64,000 bases of DNA. It comes from Planctomycetota bacterium. GTDB taxonomy: Bacteria > Planctomycetota > UBA8108 > SXIK01. Shown here piece by piece: positions 1 through 9,863 of this stretch. A program made the position numbers and the translations under genes. Numbering within the stretch: position 1 is the stretch's first letter; each line of letters begins with the position of its first letter. The stretch is taken from positions 7,264,001 to 7,328,000 of the forward strand of contig CBDCXR010000004.1 of NCBI GenBank assembly GCA_965223845.1, given 5' to 3'. The notes below the pieces were generated by a model. That model was not told the DNA's origin and searched no databases. It saw only the letters and a program-made list of their open reading frames with translations.

Positions 1-593
1 CCGTCGTTCACTCCCGGCGGGATCTTTACCGTGATCGCCTTCTTGCTCGGGATGTTCAGCTCGCAGCTCTTCCCGCGCGCCGCATCGCGAAAGTCGATCG
101 TGACCTTGTGGCGTAGATCTTCGCCCTTCTTCGGGGCAGCTTTCGCTTGTGGGGGTGGAGAGGGCTGCTGCTCTTGCCGGCGGCGCCAGCGACGCGATTG
201 ACCGCGCGTTGCGGCGTCGAGCTGCTCGGCGAAGGCGTCGGGATCGAACTCGGGCTCCGAACGCGCGGCCGAACCGCCGCGTCGACCGAACAGATCGCCG
301 ATGAGATCGCCGAAGCGCGAGAAGATATCCTCGGTCGAGTTGAAGCCTTCGAAGCCGACGTCCTCGAGGCCCGCGCGGCCGCCGGAGTCGTAGACCGAAC
401 GTCGATCCTTGTCGGAGAGAACGTTGTAGGCTTCGGCGACTTCCTTGAACTTCTGCTCCGCGACGGAATCGCCCGGGTTCTTGTCCGGATGGTACTGAAG
501 CGCGAGCTTTCGGTAGGCATCGCGGATCGCGGACTCGTCTGCGTTCCGCGGGACTCCCAGCACCGCGTAGTAATCGATCTCTCCGGGCCCCAT
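1..593 (-). CDS. J-domain (DnaJ/CbpA-type, class B) chaperone, truncated by the window edge
   Basis: Not in the ORF track; translated by hand. [42 protein letters not shown] contains the HPD motif, and [13 protein letters not shown]...[11 protein letters not shown] is the DnaJ C-terminal domain. No zinc finger. Confidence 0.9.
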   Translation of the reverse strand, partial: MGPGEIDYYAVLGVPRNADESAIRDAYRKLALQYHPDKNPGDSVAEQKFKEVAEAYNVLSDKDRRSVYDSGGRAGLEDVGFEGFNSTEDIFSRFGDLIGDLFGRRGGSAARSEPEFDPDAFAEQLDAATRGQSRRWRRRQEQQPSPPPQAKAAPKKGEDLRHKVTIDFRDAARGKSCELNIPSKKAITVKIPPGVND

Positions 594-635
594 CGCAGCA
601 ATCTCCTTCCCTCGACTCGCGCGCCGAGCGGTCGC

Positions 636-1943
636 TCAGTCTTCCCAGATTTCCTTTTCGGTTCGCGGCGGAAACGCTGCGGGGATCATTCCCCGAAGCT
701 TCGCGTGACGCGCGGGCGACAGTGTCGCCGCGATGTCGATGCCCCCGGTGCCGTACTCCGACTTGAGAACCCGACCGTTCTCGCGGATGTAGGACTCCAC
801 GTCTCCCCGGTCGTACGGAACGGTCAGTCGGACCTCGACGTCGTCCTTCTGGATGCGCTCGAGCATCTCTTGCCTGAGCTCGTCGATCCCTTCGCCCGTC
901 GCGGCCGACACGCGGAACGCGCGTTCATTCGGGAGGAGGAGGTCCTCGAGGTGCCGCGCTTCAACGATACGATCCGGGGGGATGTTGTCCCATTTGTTGA
1001 GGAGAAACCACGTCTCCTTTCCTTCACAGCCGAGCTCGCGCAGCACGGATCGCACGGTCTTCACGTGTCGTTCGGCTTCTGCGCTGCTCGCGTCGACGAC
1101 GTGAAGGAGAAGGTTTGCCTCGGTGGTCTCGGCGAGCGTCGCGTGGAAACTCGCAACGAGGTGGTGGGGAAGGTCGCGGATGAATCCCACCGTGTCCGTG
1201 ACGAGAACGTAGCGCGAGTCGCTGACGGGCCAGCGCCGGACCCGGGTGTCGAGCGTCGCGAAGAGCTTGTCCTCGACGAGCTCGGTGGAATCGGTGAGCC
1301 GGTTGAGCAGAGTCGACTTCCCCGCGTTTGTGTAGCCGACCAGCGCCACGACGAACTCGCGCCGGCGCTTCTCGATCGAGTGCTGCCGCTTTTCTTCGAG
1401 CTTCTTCAGCTCGGCCTTCAGCTTCCCGATGCGCCGGCCGATGATCCGCTTGTCTTCCTCGAGCTGCGTCTCACCCGGTCCGCGCATACCGATCCCCGCC
1501 TTGAACCGATCGAGGTGGGTCCACATCCGCTTGAGGCGAGGAAGGCTGTAACGAAGTTGCGCGAGCTCGACCTGGAGCTTCGCCTGCCGCGTTCGCGCCC
1601 GCTGGCTGAAGATATCCATGATGAGCTGACTCCGGTCGATCACCTTCCGGCTCGTCAGCTTCTCGAGGTTTCGCTCCTGCGCCGGACTGAGGTCGTTGTC
1701 GGTGACGACGAGGTCGACATCGAGCTCGGCCGCACGGTGAGCGACGTCGTCGACCTTGCCCCGGCCCATGTAGGTTTTCGGGTGGGGGCGCGGCAGGTTC
1801 TGAGTGACCGCGTCGACCACTTCTGCCCCGGCCGTCCGGACGAGCGACGTGATCTCCGCGAGCGGGTTCTCGGGCTCGCGGCGGGGTCCTACGGTCGCCT
1901 TGGCGACGAGGGCTCGTTCGGGAATCTTCGAATCGTTCTCCAT
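636..1943 (-). CDS. hflX: Ribosome-splitting GTPase HflX
   Basis: LSPAQERNLE, QVELAQLRY, GPGETQLEEDKR, GYTNAGKSTLLN, DKLFATLD, DTVGFI, NKWD. Confidence 0.96.
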   Translation of the reverse strand: MENDSKIPERALVAKATVGPRREPENPLAEITSLVRTAGAEVVDAVTQNLPRPHPKTYMGRGKVDDVAHRAAELDVDLVVTDNDLSPAQERNLEKLTSRKVIDRSQLIMDIFSQRARTRQAKLQVELAQLRYSLPRLKRMWTHLDRFKAGIGMRGPGETQLEEDKRIIGRRIGKLKAELKKLEEKRQHSIEKRRREFVVALVGYTNAGKSTLLNRLTDSTELVEDKLFATLDTRVRRWPVSDSRYVLVTDTVGFIRDLPHHLVASFHATLAETTEANLLLHVVDASSAEAERHVKTVRSVLRELGCEGKETWFLLNKWDNIPPDRIVEARHLEDLLLPNERAFRVSAATGEGIDELRQEMLERIQKDDVEVRLTVPYDRGDVESYIRENGRVLKSEYGTGGIDIAATLSPARHAKLRGMIPAAFPPRTEKEIWED

Positions 1944-2040
1944 ACGGAACGCGGGAGGCGGTCTCCTGGTGCTCGGCGGCCGATCGGGTCGGGGGCTCCG
2001 AAGTCCCCTCTAGACAGTGTACCGCGCCCGCCGCGGATGG

Positions 2041-3750
2041 TCAGCCGGTCGAAAGACCGTCGATCGAGCGGGCGTCGAGAGCGACGTGCCGTCGCCAGCG
2101 CTCGTCGTCGCGGGCGGGGAAGTCGGTCCGGAAGTGCACGCCGCGGGACTCCTCTCGCCGAAGCGCGCCGAGAGTGAGGAGGTACGCGACGAGGAGCATG
2201 TTTTGGAGTCCCCAGCCTTTCGAGTCGAGAAACGCGGTCTCGAGCACGTACTGAATCCACGTCTCGATCTGGCCGAGTGCGGACGAGAGACCCTCCTCAT
2301 CGCGTTCGAGCCCGACTTTCTGCCAGAGGAGACTCCGGAGACTCGACGTCAGGTCTTCGAGGTCGAGAGAGCTGGGCTCCGGCGCACCCTGAAGCGGCTC
2401 GTCGGCGACTGACGAGGGACCGAACCTCGACTCGCGCTCCGCTTCGCTCGCCGCGGCGAGACCGGCCCGATGGCCGAACACGAGGCCTTCGAGGAGCGAG
2501 TTCGACGCGAGTCGATTGGCGCCGTGGAGGCCGGTCGACGCGACTTCCCCGGCGGCGAAGAGGCCGCGGAGCGACGAGTGTCCCGCGTCGTCGGTCTGTA
2601 CTCCGCCGATCGAGTAGTGCGCGCTCGGGCGCACGGGAATCGGGTCGCTCGCGATGTCGATGCCGAAACCGAGGAGCTTCTCGCGGATTTTCGGAAAGCG
2701 ATGGCGCACGTGCTCGGGGGAAATGGGCGAGAGATCGAGGAATACGCGGTTCGCCCCCGTCTCACGCATCACCTTTACGATCGCGCGTGAGACGACGTCG
2801 CGAGGGGCGAGATCGGCCTGGGGATGGAAATCGCGCATGAACCGCCGACCGTCCCCGTCGACGAGGATCGCGCCCTCTCCGCGGACGGCCTCCGTGATGA
2901 GAAAGCGGTCCGCTCCCGCGATGTAGAGCGTCGTCGGATGGAACTGGACGAACTCGAGGTCGCGCACCGTTGCGCCGGCGCGAAACGCCATCGCGACTCC
3001 GTCACCGGTCGCGACCCGCGGGTTCGTCGTCTCGCGAAAGAGCCGGCCGAGCCCACCGGTCGCCAGAATGGTCCGCTTCGCCCAGACCGCTTCGCGCTCG
3101 CCGTGAGGACGTTCGACGAGGGCGCCGCGGCAGGTCTCGTCCGTCGTCACGAGATCGAGGGCAAACGTGTTCACGAGGATCGTGACGCGCGGATGCTCGA
3201 TCGCCGCCGCGGCGAGGACGCGCTCGAGCTCGAATCCGGTCGTGTCCCCGCGGTGGAGGATGCGCGGGCGCGAGTGACCACCCTCGAGCGTGAAGTGGAG
3301 AGCTCCGTCGGGTGAGCGGTCCCAAGCCGTTCCCATCTCGGTCAGGGCGTTCACCCGATCGACTCCCTCGCTCACCGCGATCCGAACGACGTCCTCGTCC
3401 GACAGGCCCTCGCCGACCGTCGTCGTGTCGGCGATGTGTCGCTCGAGAGAATCGTCGGTCGCAGCGGGATCGACGACCGCAGCGACACCGCCTTGCGCGT
3501 AGCGAGTCGCCGTCTCCTCGAGCGGAGCCTTCGAAATGAGGAGGACCTCGGCGCCCCGGTCGGCCGCAGCGAGCGCGGCGCTGAGTCCGGCGACGCCGGT
3601 CCCGATGACCGCGACGTCGGTGAATCGGTGCGCCACGCGACTGGCGTCGAAACCGACGAGGTAACGCCGGAGGAGCTGCGGAGGGACGATCGGTCGAGGC
3701 ATCGGCGGTTTCGGGGAGTGTTGGGGCGACGAGGGCTCGGGTGTTGTCAT
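2041..3750 (-). CDS. nadB: L-aspartate oxidase
   Basis: FAD motif IGTGVAGL, YAQGGVAA, LEGGHSRPRILH, QFHPT, LITEAVRGEG, LHGANRLASNSLLEGLVFG, REESRGVHFR. Start uncertain (3702-3759). Confidence 0.93.
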   Translation of the reverse strand: MTTPEPSSPQHSPKPPMPRPIVPPQLLRRYLVGFDASRVAHRFTDVAVIGTGVAGLSAALAAADRGAEVLLISKAPLEETATRYAQGGVAAVVDPAATDDSLERHIADTTTVGEGLSDEDVVRIAVSEGVDRVNALTEMGTAWDRSPDGALHFTLEGGHSRPRILHRGDTTGFELERVLAAAAIEHPRVTILVNTFALDLVTTDETCRGALVERPHGEREAVWAKRTILATGGLGRLFRETTNPRVATGDGVAMAFRAGATVRDLEFVQFHPTTLYIAGADRFLITEAVRGEGAILVDGDGRRFMRDFHPQADLAPRDVVSRAIVKVMRETGANRVFLDLSPISPEHVRHRFPKIREKLLGFGIDIASDPIPVRPSAHYSIGGVQTDDAGHSSLRGLFAAGEVASTGLHGANRLASNSLLEGLVFGHRAGLAAASEAERESRFGPSSVADEPLQGAPEPSSLDLEDLTSSLRSLLWQKVGLERDEEGLSSALGQIETWIQYVLETAFLDSKGWGLQNMLLVAYLLTLGALRREESRGVHFRTDFPARDDERWRRHVALDARSIDGLSTG

Positions 3751-3892
3751 CGCAAACACCCGAGCGACTCGGTCCGGGCCGCTCTACGCCCCCGGGGGCG
3801 CGGGCGGAAACTCCAACAAGGGTTTGTGGGATAAGGACTTCAGGCTCTTGTGACGATAAGACGGAGAGCGGAAGCGCCCGGGTGGCGCGCCG

Positions 3893-3908
3893 CGGAACCC
3901 TAGTTGCT
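3893..3908 (+). promoter_or_regulatory. Possible sigma54 -24/-12 promoter upstream of the gspK operon
   Basis: CGGAACCCTAGTTGCT has GG-N10-GC spacing with TTGCT. A perfect TATAAT also occurs at 4098-4103, so a sigma70 promoter is an alternative. Confidence 0.4.
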
Positions 3909-4148
3909 ACGAAACTCGGGGCGAGATCAATGGAAAGACTCTCTCCAGGAGGCGACGAACGACCGAGCTGGCGGTCGATCGCGCTCCCCGAACGGACCGT
4001 TGGCGCCCAGTCGCGAGCCCGGGGTTCAAGGTCGAGGGCATTTCGACCGCACCTTTCGTGCGCGCGGAATTGCCCGGCCCGATCGCCCTGCGGTTCCTAT
4101 AATATCGATCGATTGTCCCTCTCCTCACGCCCCCGAGCAGTCAACGCG

Positions 4149-6146
4149 ATGAACGCCCCGACCTACTCTCGATTCGGACCCGCGGAGACTTCGCGCACGC
4201 GCGGAATCTCTCTCCGCGGCGTCGGACCCGCTCCGGGGCGAGACGGCGGCATCGCGCTCCTCCTCGTGCTCATCATTTTCATCGTGCTCTACCTCGTCGT
4301 GTTTCAGCTCCACTTCACCACGAAGATGGAGCAGAAGATCGCGCAAGTGCGCTACGCCGAGGTGGAGGCAGGCTCCGGACTGTTCTCGGCGGCGCTCTAC
4401 GTGAAGACCCTCCTCATGGAGGACCTGCGGCAGGATCTCGGCGAGGCCGGTGCGCAGAGCGGAGCGGGCGCGATGGGCGGTGCCCCCGGCGTCGCGCCGC
4501 CCGCGGGGCCGAGCGCTCCGGGCGGGCAGGGATTCGCCATGCCGGTCGACTCGGGCGCGGCGGCCGCCATGGCGGGCGGTGCCTCGACGTCGGTGAAGTG
4601 GTACGACTCCCTGCGCGAGAACCTCTTTCTCCCAAACGTCCAAAGCGTCGGCAACGTCGAGGTGAAGCTCCGCGTGATCGATGGCGAGCGTCGCTACGAC
4701 CTCAATCGCCTCTTCGACTACGTCCGCCTTCGGGAAGAGGAGGTCGCCGAAGGTACGGAAGACCTGCGCGAGGAAGACCTCGTCGACGCCGTCGAAGGGC
4801 GGAGCACCGAAGACGCCGAGGCGAGTCTTCGCGAGCGCTTCCTCGCCCGCGCCGACGAGCGCCAGCGCGCCAACCGGAGAGGCGTCGCCGCGGACGGCGA
4901 GGAAGGGAGCGAGGGCATGGAGGAGCTGCGGCGCGACGCGAGCGGAGCCACGGCCGTCGCGCTCGACGATCTCGATTCCTACGAGCCGGAGCCGCCGTTC
5001 CTCGAGCCGGCGCCGTCCCGCCTCCTTGCGACCGAAGAGATGCTCCGTCGCGCGATCCTCATGATGTTCACCATCAACGAAGACAACGGCTACCTCTACT
5101 CGCAGAAGCACTTCGCCGAGAACGTCGCGCAGGCGATCGTCCAGTACGTCGTCGAACGACGGCTCGAAGATTTCAACAACCGCATCCTGAGCGTGAGCGA
5201 ATTGCTCCAGCTCGACGAAGTGACGCCGGAGGTGTTCTACGGGCCCGTTCCGGATATTCCCGACGGGGAGGAGGCCGCGTTCGGCGATGTGATCCTCTCC
5301 CGCGATCGTTTCGGCGACCTCTCCGCGCGGTTCGCCTTCGACGACGAATACACCGACGACGCCGAGGCCGAGCGCCAAGAGGAGATCGCGCACCTCATGG
5401 AGCAATACGGCCGATTCGCGAACCTTCCGATCGGAATCGGCGCCGATCGACTCGCGGCGACGAGCCTCACCCGCGGCATGGAGGACTGGACGGTCGTTCT
5501 CGACGAGAACGAACAGGAGATGGTCCTCGATCCTCCCGTCCCGATCGGACTTCGGGATCTCTTTACGACGTTCTCGACCGGAAAGATCAATCTCAACTCG
5601 GCCAGTGCGCCGGTCATTTTCGGACTCTTGCTCTCGCTCGACGAGGAAGAGGGGAAAAACGTCGCTTACGGCATCGAGGATTATCGCAACCGCTTCCAGG
5701 AGGAGATGGATCCCGAAAGCGGCGTCGACCGCGTCGACGGCGCCGATACGCTCGATCTAGGACAACCGCGCCGGGAGCCTCCCCTCGATCCGACGACTCT
5801 CAGTGAAGAAGAAGCCAGTCTAGAAGCCGAATACCAGGACATGGAGACGAACTACTTTACGAGTCTCCAGCAGATCGAGCTGATCGACGGATCCGACCAG
5901 GGCCCAGAGGACCTCTTGCGCAGCGACGAGGGCGTGGAGCGCACCGACGCGGAGGGCGACACTCTCTACCGGCGCGTCCTCTTCGACCTCGAGAAGGTCG
6001 TCGTCTTCGGGAGCTCGTACTTCGAAGTGCTGATGAAGGCTGTCTCGCCGGAGAACCGTGCGGTCAAAACCGCGTCGGTGACCCTCCATCGCGACGTGAA
6101 GCGCAGCCTTCTCGAAGTGGTGATGTGGAAGGAGGAGCGCAAGTGA
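4149..6146 (+). CDS. gspK: T2SS minor pseudopilin GspK-like, unusually long with acidic insertions
   Basis: Prepilin-type G|IALLLVLIIFIVLYLVV without E5, IDGERRYDLNRL and STGKINLNSASAPV, typical of GspK. Start chosen at ATG 4149; in-frame ATG 3930 is an alternative. Confidence 0.75.
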   Translation: MNAPTYSRFGPAETSRTRGISLRGVGPAPGRDGGIALLLVLIIFIVLYLVVFQLHFTTKMEQKIAQVRYAEVEAGSGLFSAALYVKTLLMEDLRQDLGEAGAQSGAGAMGGAPGVAPPAGPSAPGGQGFAMPVDSGAAAAMAGGASTSVKWYDSLRENLFLPNVQSVGNVEVKLRVIDGERRYDLNRLFDYVRLREEEVAEGTEDLREEDLVDAVEGRSTEDAEASLRERFLARADERQRANRRGVAADGEEGSEGMEELRRDASGATAVALDDLDSYEPEPPFLEPAPSRLLATEEMLRRAILMMFTINEDNGYLYSQKHFAENVAQAIVQYVVERRLEDFNNRILSVSELLQLDEVTPEVFYGPVPDIPDGEEAAFGDVILSRDRFGDLSARFAFDDEYTDDAEAERQEEIAHLMEQYGRFANLPIGIGADRLAATSLTRGMEDWTVVLDENEQEMVLDPPVPIGLRDLFTTFSTGKINLNSASAPVIFGLLLSLDEEEGKNVAYGIEDYRNRFQEEMDPESGVDRVDGADTLDLGQPRREPPLDPTTLSEEEASLEAEYQDMETNYFTSLQQIELIDGSDQGPEDLLRSDEGVERTDAEGDTLYRRVLFDLEKVVVFGSSYFEVLMKAVSPENRAVKTASVTLHRDVKRSLLEVVMWKEERK

Positions 6147-6193
6147 CTGCGATCTCCACCCTAGTTGTCGATCCCGAGCGAAGGAGCTGACCC

Positions 6194-7243
6194 ATGCGAC
6201 TCTCGATCGGTCCGCTTCGCGCGGGCATCTTGATCGTCAATCTCGCACTGCTGGCGACGCTCGTCGTCACCGCTCTCCAGGCGTTCAACGTCGTCGGCAG
6301 CGCCGAGGGCGAGAAGGCGAGACCGGAGCGGATCGGGCGCTCGGACTTTCGGCCGAACGACGTGGCTCCGTCCTCGGGAAGAAGTCACGTCGGCGCCGTC
6401 GCGAACGTCTCGAGTGGTATGATCCCGACGAAGCCGACGGCGGTCACGACGCCGACGAACGTCCCGAGCGGAGACGCGGGCGAGCCCGAGTCGACGGGAG
6501 AAGAAGAGTACGACGGCGGCCCGCTCGAGGACGAGTGGGAGTACACGTTTTACATGCTTTTCCCGAGCGATCCCCTCTCGAACTTCGCCCGCATTTCGAA
6601 GAAGAAGCCCGACGGAGCGAAAGCGTCGCGAACGACTACATCACGGGGGCGCTCCACGTACCAGCGCCGATCGACGGCCGCGCTCGCGCGACGCGGGAAG
6701 ACCGCCGCCAAGGACGATTCCGTCGCCTTCAGCGTTCGGCAGCGACTCGTGAAGAACGAGGACGCCGACGTCGAGTTCTACGTGCACTCCGCCGACAACA
6801 GGCGCCTCGTCTACTGGATTCCGGGACGCCCGCAGCGCATGTACGCTCTCCCCTTTAAGAGCTCGAGCCCGTTTATCCGGGAGCCGGAGAAGCGAGTCAT
6901 CGCGCCGTCGGAGGTCAAGGACGACGACGATAAGGAAAAGAAGGCCGAGATCATTCGCATCGTCAAAGGGGATGATTCGGAGGCGGCATTCGAGGCGGAG
7001 TACCAGCAGCTTCTCGGTGGAAAGAAGAACTCGAGCGGGGCGAGCAGCCGCGATTCGGGCGGGCTCCGGCGCCGGCAGATCAGTCCGGCGGCGAGCAGCG
7101 CCGGCGCGGACGAAGAATCTCCACGCACGCCGCGAAAGCCGACGGCCGAGGAAGTGAAGGAGCTTCGCGACGCGATTCAGAACATCCCCGCGGAAGAACG
7201 CAAGCGCATGAACGAAGAGTTGAAGGGGATGCTCGGAAAATAG
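6194..7243 (+). CDS. Hypothetical bitopic membrane protein in the T2SS operon (possible divergent GspC-like)
   Basis: AAGGAG RBS, N-terminal TM segment (GILIVNLALLATLVVTALQAF), located between gspK and gspL. Confidence 0.6.
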   Translation: MRLSIGPLRAGILIVNLALLATLVVTALQAFNVVGSAEGEKARPERIGRSDFRPNDVAPSSGRSHVGAVANVSSGMIPTKPTAVTTPTNVPSGDAGEPESTGEEEYDGGPLEDEWEYTFYMLFPSDPLSNFARISKKKPDGAKASRTTTSRGRSTYQRRSTAALARRGKTAAKDDSVAFSVRQRLVKNEDADVEFYVHSADNRRLVYWIPGRPQRMYALPFKSSSPFIREPEKRVIAPSEVKDDDDKEKKAEIIRIVKGDDSEAAFEAEYQQLLGGKKNSSGASSRDSGGLRRRQISPAASSAGADEESPRTPRKPTAEEVKELRDAIQNIPAEERKRMNEELKGMLGK

Positions 7244-7354
7244 CCGCACCGCCGATGGCCCGCGACGAGTGATCGCGAGTTCCGGTAAAGGAAGAATCGG
7301 AGCCGCGGAATCGAATCTCAGGGGAGACGCGCGCGCCGGACCGAGAAGAGATTT

Positions 7355-9220
7355 ATGGCATTCGTTGTCGGACTAGATTTAGGGACGAGATCGCTCAAGG
7401 GCGCCGTCTTCGAAGGGAACGCGCGAAAGTTCCGCCTCGTCGACGTGTTCTCGGAAGAGATTCCGACGCTCGACGCGCAGAGCGTATCGATCGGCAAGGA
7501 CCTCGAGGTCGAAGCGGAGGCTCCCGACGATCTCGAGACGCCGCTCAGCCTCGACGAGCTCATCGCGAAGGTGCTCCGGGAGCGGAACCTCACCGGCGCC
7601 GAGATCGTGTGCGCGCTCGATTCGAAGGATTGCGGCATCCGCGAGTGCAGCGTTCCGTTCCTCAAGGACGAGCAGATCGAGCGCACCGTCGCGTTCGAGG
7701 CGGAGCACTATTTTCACGCGTTCGAGATCGAAGACGTCACGCTCGAGTGGGTGAAGATCGGTGAGCGCGCGGAGACGAGCCAGCTCTCGCTGTTCGCCGC
7801 GCCGAACGACGCGATCGCCACCCGCCTCGGCCTTCTGAAGAGCGCAGGGGTCGACCCCGTCGCGCTCGATCTCGACGCGGGCGCGCTCATCAACGCATTC
7901 GCGGCGACGCCCTACTTCGACGAGACGAAAAACGCGCTCCTTCTCGACCTCGGAGCGACGTCGACGAAGATCGTCCTCCTCGAGGGAGGGCGCATCAAGA
8001 AGGTCCGTGCACTCCGAACCGGCGCGGCGCGGCTCGACCCCGCGCGCATGCTCGCCCAGCCGGCGGCGGTGGCTGCCGGCGGAGAGCCGCTCGCGGACGA
8101 GGCTCCCTTCGGCGACCTTTCGATCGAGCAGAGATTCCAGGAAATCGAAGACGCCCTTCGCCGGCTCGATCCCGTCGGAAGCGTCGACCTCGAGCCGCCG
8201 GACGATCCGGGCGGAGACGCGCCGATCGCGATCGTTTCCGACGAAGAATACCAGCGACTCGAGCCGGAGGAGCGCCGCGCCCAAGAGGAAGCGCTTCTCG
8301 ACGGCCGGGGCGAGTTCGACTACGGGGAGTATCTCCTTCGCGTCGGCACGGAAGTCCAGCGAACCCTGATCACGACTCAGCTCGACGGCGGCCTCGATCT
8401 CATCTGCCTCACCGGCGGGATGAGCCGAGGCGACGAGACGAAGCGCTTCTTCCAGGACGAGTTCGATGTCGAGACCGTCGACCTCGAGTTCGGCGAGAGC
8501 CTACCGAGTTCGCTCCCGCCGGAGCGTCTCCGCGACGCCGGCGCCGAAGCGGCGATCGCGGTCGGGCTCGGCCTCAAGGTCCTCGGGACGGACCGCTCGA
8601 CGCTCGATTTCAGGAAGGGCCAGTTCCGCTTCGAGCACCGCTTCGATCGCTTGCGCTTTCCGCTGCTCAATTGTGCGGTGCTCGCCTTCCTCGCGTTTCT
8701 CCAACTCGCTTACGTGTCGCTCCTCGACTACCAGCGGGAGAAGAACTACGCGACGCGTTACCAGCAGGAGACGGCCGCGGTTTACAAGACGTTCTTCGAG
8801 AAGGACCTGACGCCCGGACGAAGCGCCGTGCGCGCCGCCGATGCGCAGAGGAAGATCTGGGAGCAGGGTGGAGCCGGCGATGTCGGCCGCTTCCTCCCGT
8901 TCGTCGAGGTCGTCCGTGATATTTCAAACTCCCTCGCGACGACGAATCTCTATTTCACAGTGACCTCGTACGACCTGAAACTCCGCCTCCGTCCCTCGAG
9001 CCGGAGCTCGGGTCGGAACAAGACCAAGGTTTGGATCGGAGAGGACACGAAGATCGACCTCGTCGTCGATCGCTCCGACGCCAACCTCGAGATCGAGAAG
9101 GCCTTCCGAACGAAGTCGGGAATCTTCTCGGCCTCCACGCGCGCGAAAAAAGAGGGCGAAACCTGGAAGGTGTTCCTCACTTTGACCCCCAAGGTCAGCT
9201 ACCTGCGAAAGTTCAACTGA
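7355..9220 (+). CDS. gspL: GspL/PilM-type assembly platform protein (actin-like domain, TM segment, periplasmic domain)
   Basis: VVGLDLGTRSLK, LLDLGATSTKI and LTGGMS actin-fold motifs, IDFRKGQF-like junction (LDFRKGQF), then TM segment FPLLNCAVLAFLAFLQLAYVSLL. Confidence 0.8.
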   Translation: MAFVVGLDLGTRSLKGAVFEGNARKFRLVDVFSEEIPTLDAQSVSIGKDLEVEAEAPDDLETPLSLDELIAKVLRERNLTGAEIVCALDSKDCGIRECSVPFLKDEQIERTVAFEAEHYFHAFEIEDVTLEWVKIGERAETSQLSLFAAPNDAIATRLGLLKSAGVDPVALDLDAGALINAFAATPYFDETKNALLLDLGATSTKIVLLEGGRIKKVRALRTGAARLDPARMLAQPAAVAAGGEPLADEAPFGDLSIEQRFQEIEDALRRLDPVGSVDLEPPDDPGGDAPIAIVSDEEYQRLEPEERRAQEEALLDGRGEFDYGEYLLRVGTEVQRTLITTQLDGGLDLICLTGGMSRGDETKRFFQDEFDVETVDLEFGESLPSSLPPERLRDAGAEAAIAVGLGLKVLGTDRSTLDFRKGQFRFEHRFDRLRFPLLNCAVLAFLAFLQLAYVSLLDYQREKNYATRYQQETAAVYKTFFEKDLTPGRSAVRAADAQRKIWEQGGAGDVGRFLPFVEVVRDISNSLATTNLYFTVTSYDLKLRLRPSSRSSGRNKTKVWIGEDTKIDLVVDRSDANLEIEKAFRTKSGIFSASTRAKKEGETWKVFLTLTPKVSYLRKFN

Positions 9221-9228
9221 GTTAGGCG

Positions 9229-9786
9229 ATGGCGAAGTCTTCACGAGACAAAGGCGAAGGGATCCAGATCGTGATCTCGACGCTCTTCATGACCGCGGGT
9301 GGTCTCCTCCTCATCACGCTGGCGCTCCGCTTCTATTTCATCCCGAGCGTGAACGAGCGGTACGAGCGTGAATCCTCGCAGTACATCCAGCTCACGAAGA
9401 AGCTCGGCGACAAGGAGATGATCAACCTGCGCGATCAGGCGCGCGCGAGCGCGAAGGTGAAGAACGATCAAACGCTCAAAGAGATCATCCAGTCGAAACT
9501 CAGCGCGTTCGCGCTCACGTACCGAAATCTCCCCGACCCGTCGCGTGGACGGGGGCGTTCCGGCGCGAACCAGGGCACAGTGGAAGTCCGCCAGAGTGTC
9601 GATCTCGAACCGGCCGGGATGACGCCGATCCTCCAGTTCGTCACCTCGGTACTCGACGCGAAGACGAGCGTCCGTGTCGGCTCGCTCAAGCTCTCGCCGA
9701 ACCGGCGGAGCCAGGGGCGCGACTCCTGGACCGCGGGCGTCGAGTTCATCGACTACGAGACGAGCGGCGGCGCGACTCCGAACTGA
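9229..9786 (+). CDS. GspM/PilO-like inner-membrane protein
   Basis: Directly follows gspL; N-terminal TM segment, helical segment, ferredoxin-like C-terminus (ILQFVTSVLDAKTSVRVGSLKL). Confidence 0.6.
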   Translation: MAKSSRDKGEGIQIVISTLFMTAGGLLLITLALRFYFIPSVNERYERESSQYIQLTKKLGDKEMINLRDQARASAKVKNDQTLKEIIQSKLSAFALTYRNLPDPSRGRGRSGANQGTVEVRQSVDLEPAGMTPILQFVTSVLDAKTSVRVGSLKLSPNRRSQGRDSWTAGVEFIDYETSGGATPN

Positions 9787-9863
9787 GGGGCGCGTTTGCG
9801 CGTCGCCGACTGCGCCACGCCTCTTCGCGTTCTCGCCCGAGCCGATCCATCGCCGAACGCGAG

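Noticed and set aside
2011-2020. TAGACAGTGT matching the left end of the putative MITE at 22919-22928
   Set aside because: Only 10 bp with no partner end; on the minus strand it overlaps a TACACT -10-like box upstream of hflX.
147-2177. Long antisense or alternate-frame ORFs (e.g. 147-2177, 26784-28493, 36666-39008, 41104-43578)
   Set aside because: They are shadow ORFs of well-supported genes in GC-rich DNA and lack recognisable motifs.
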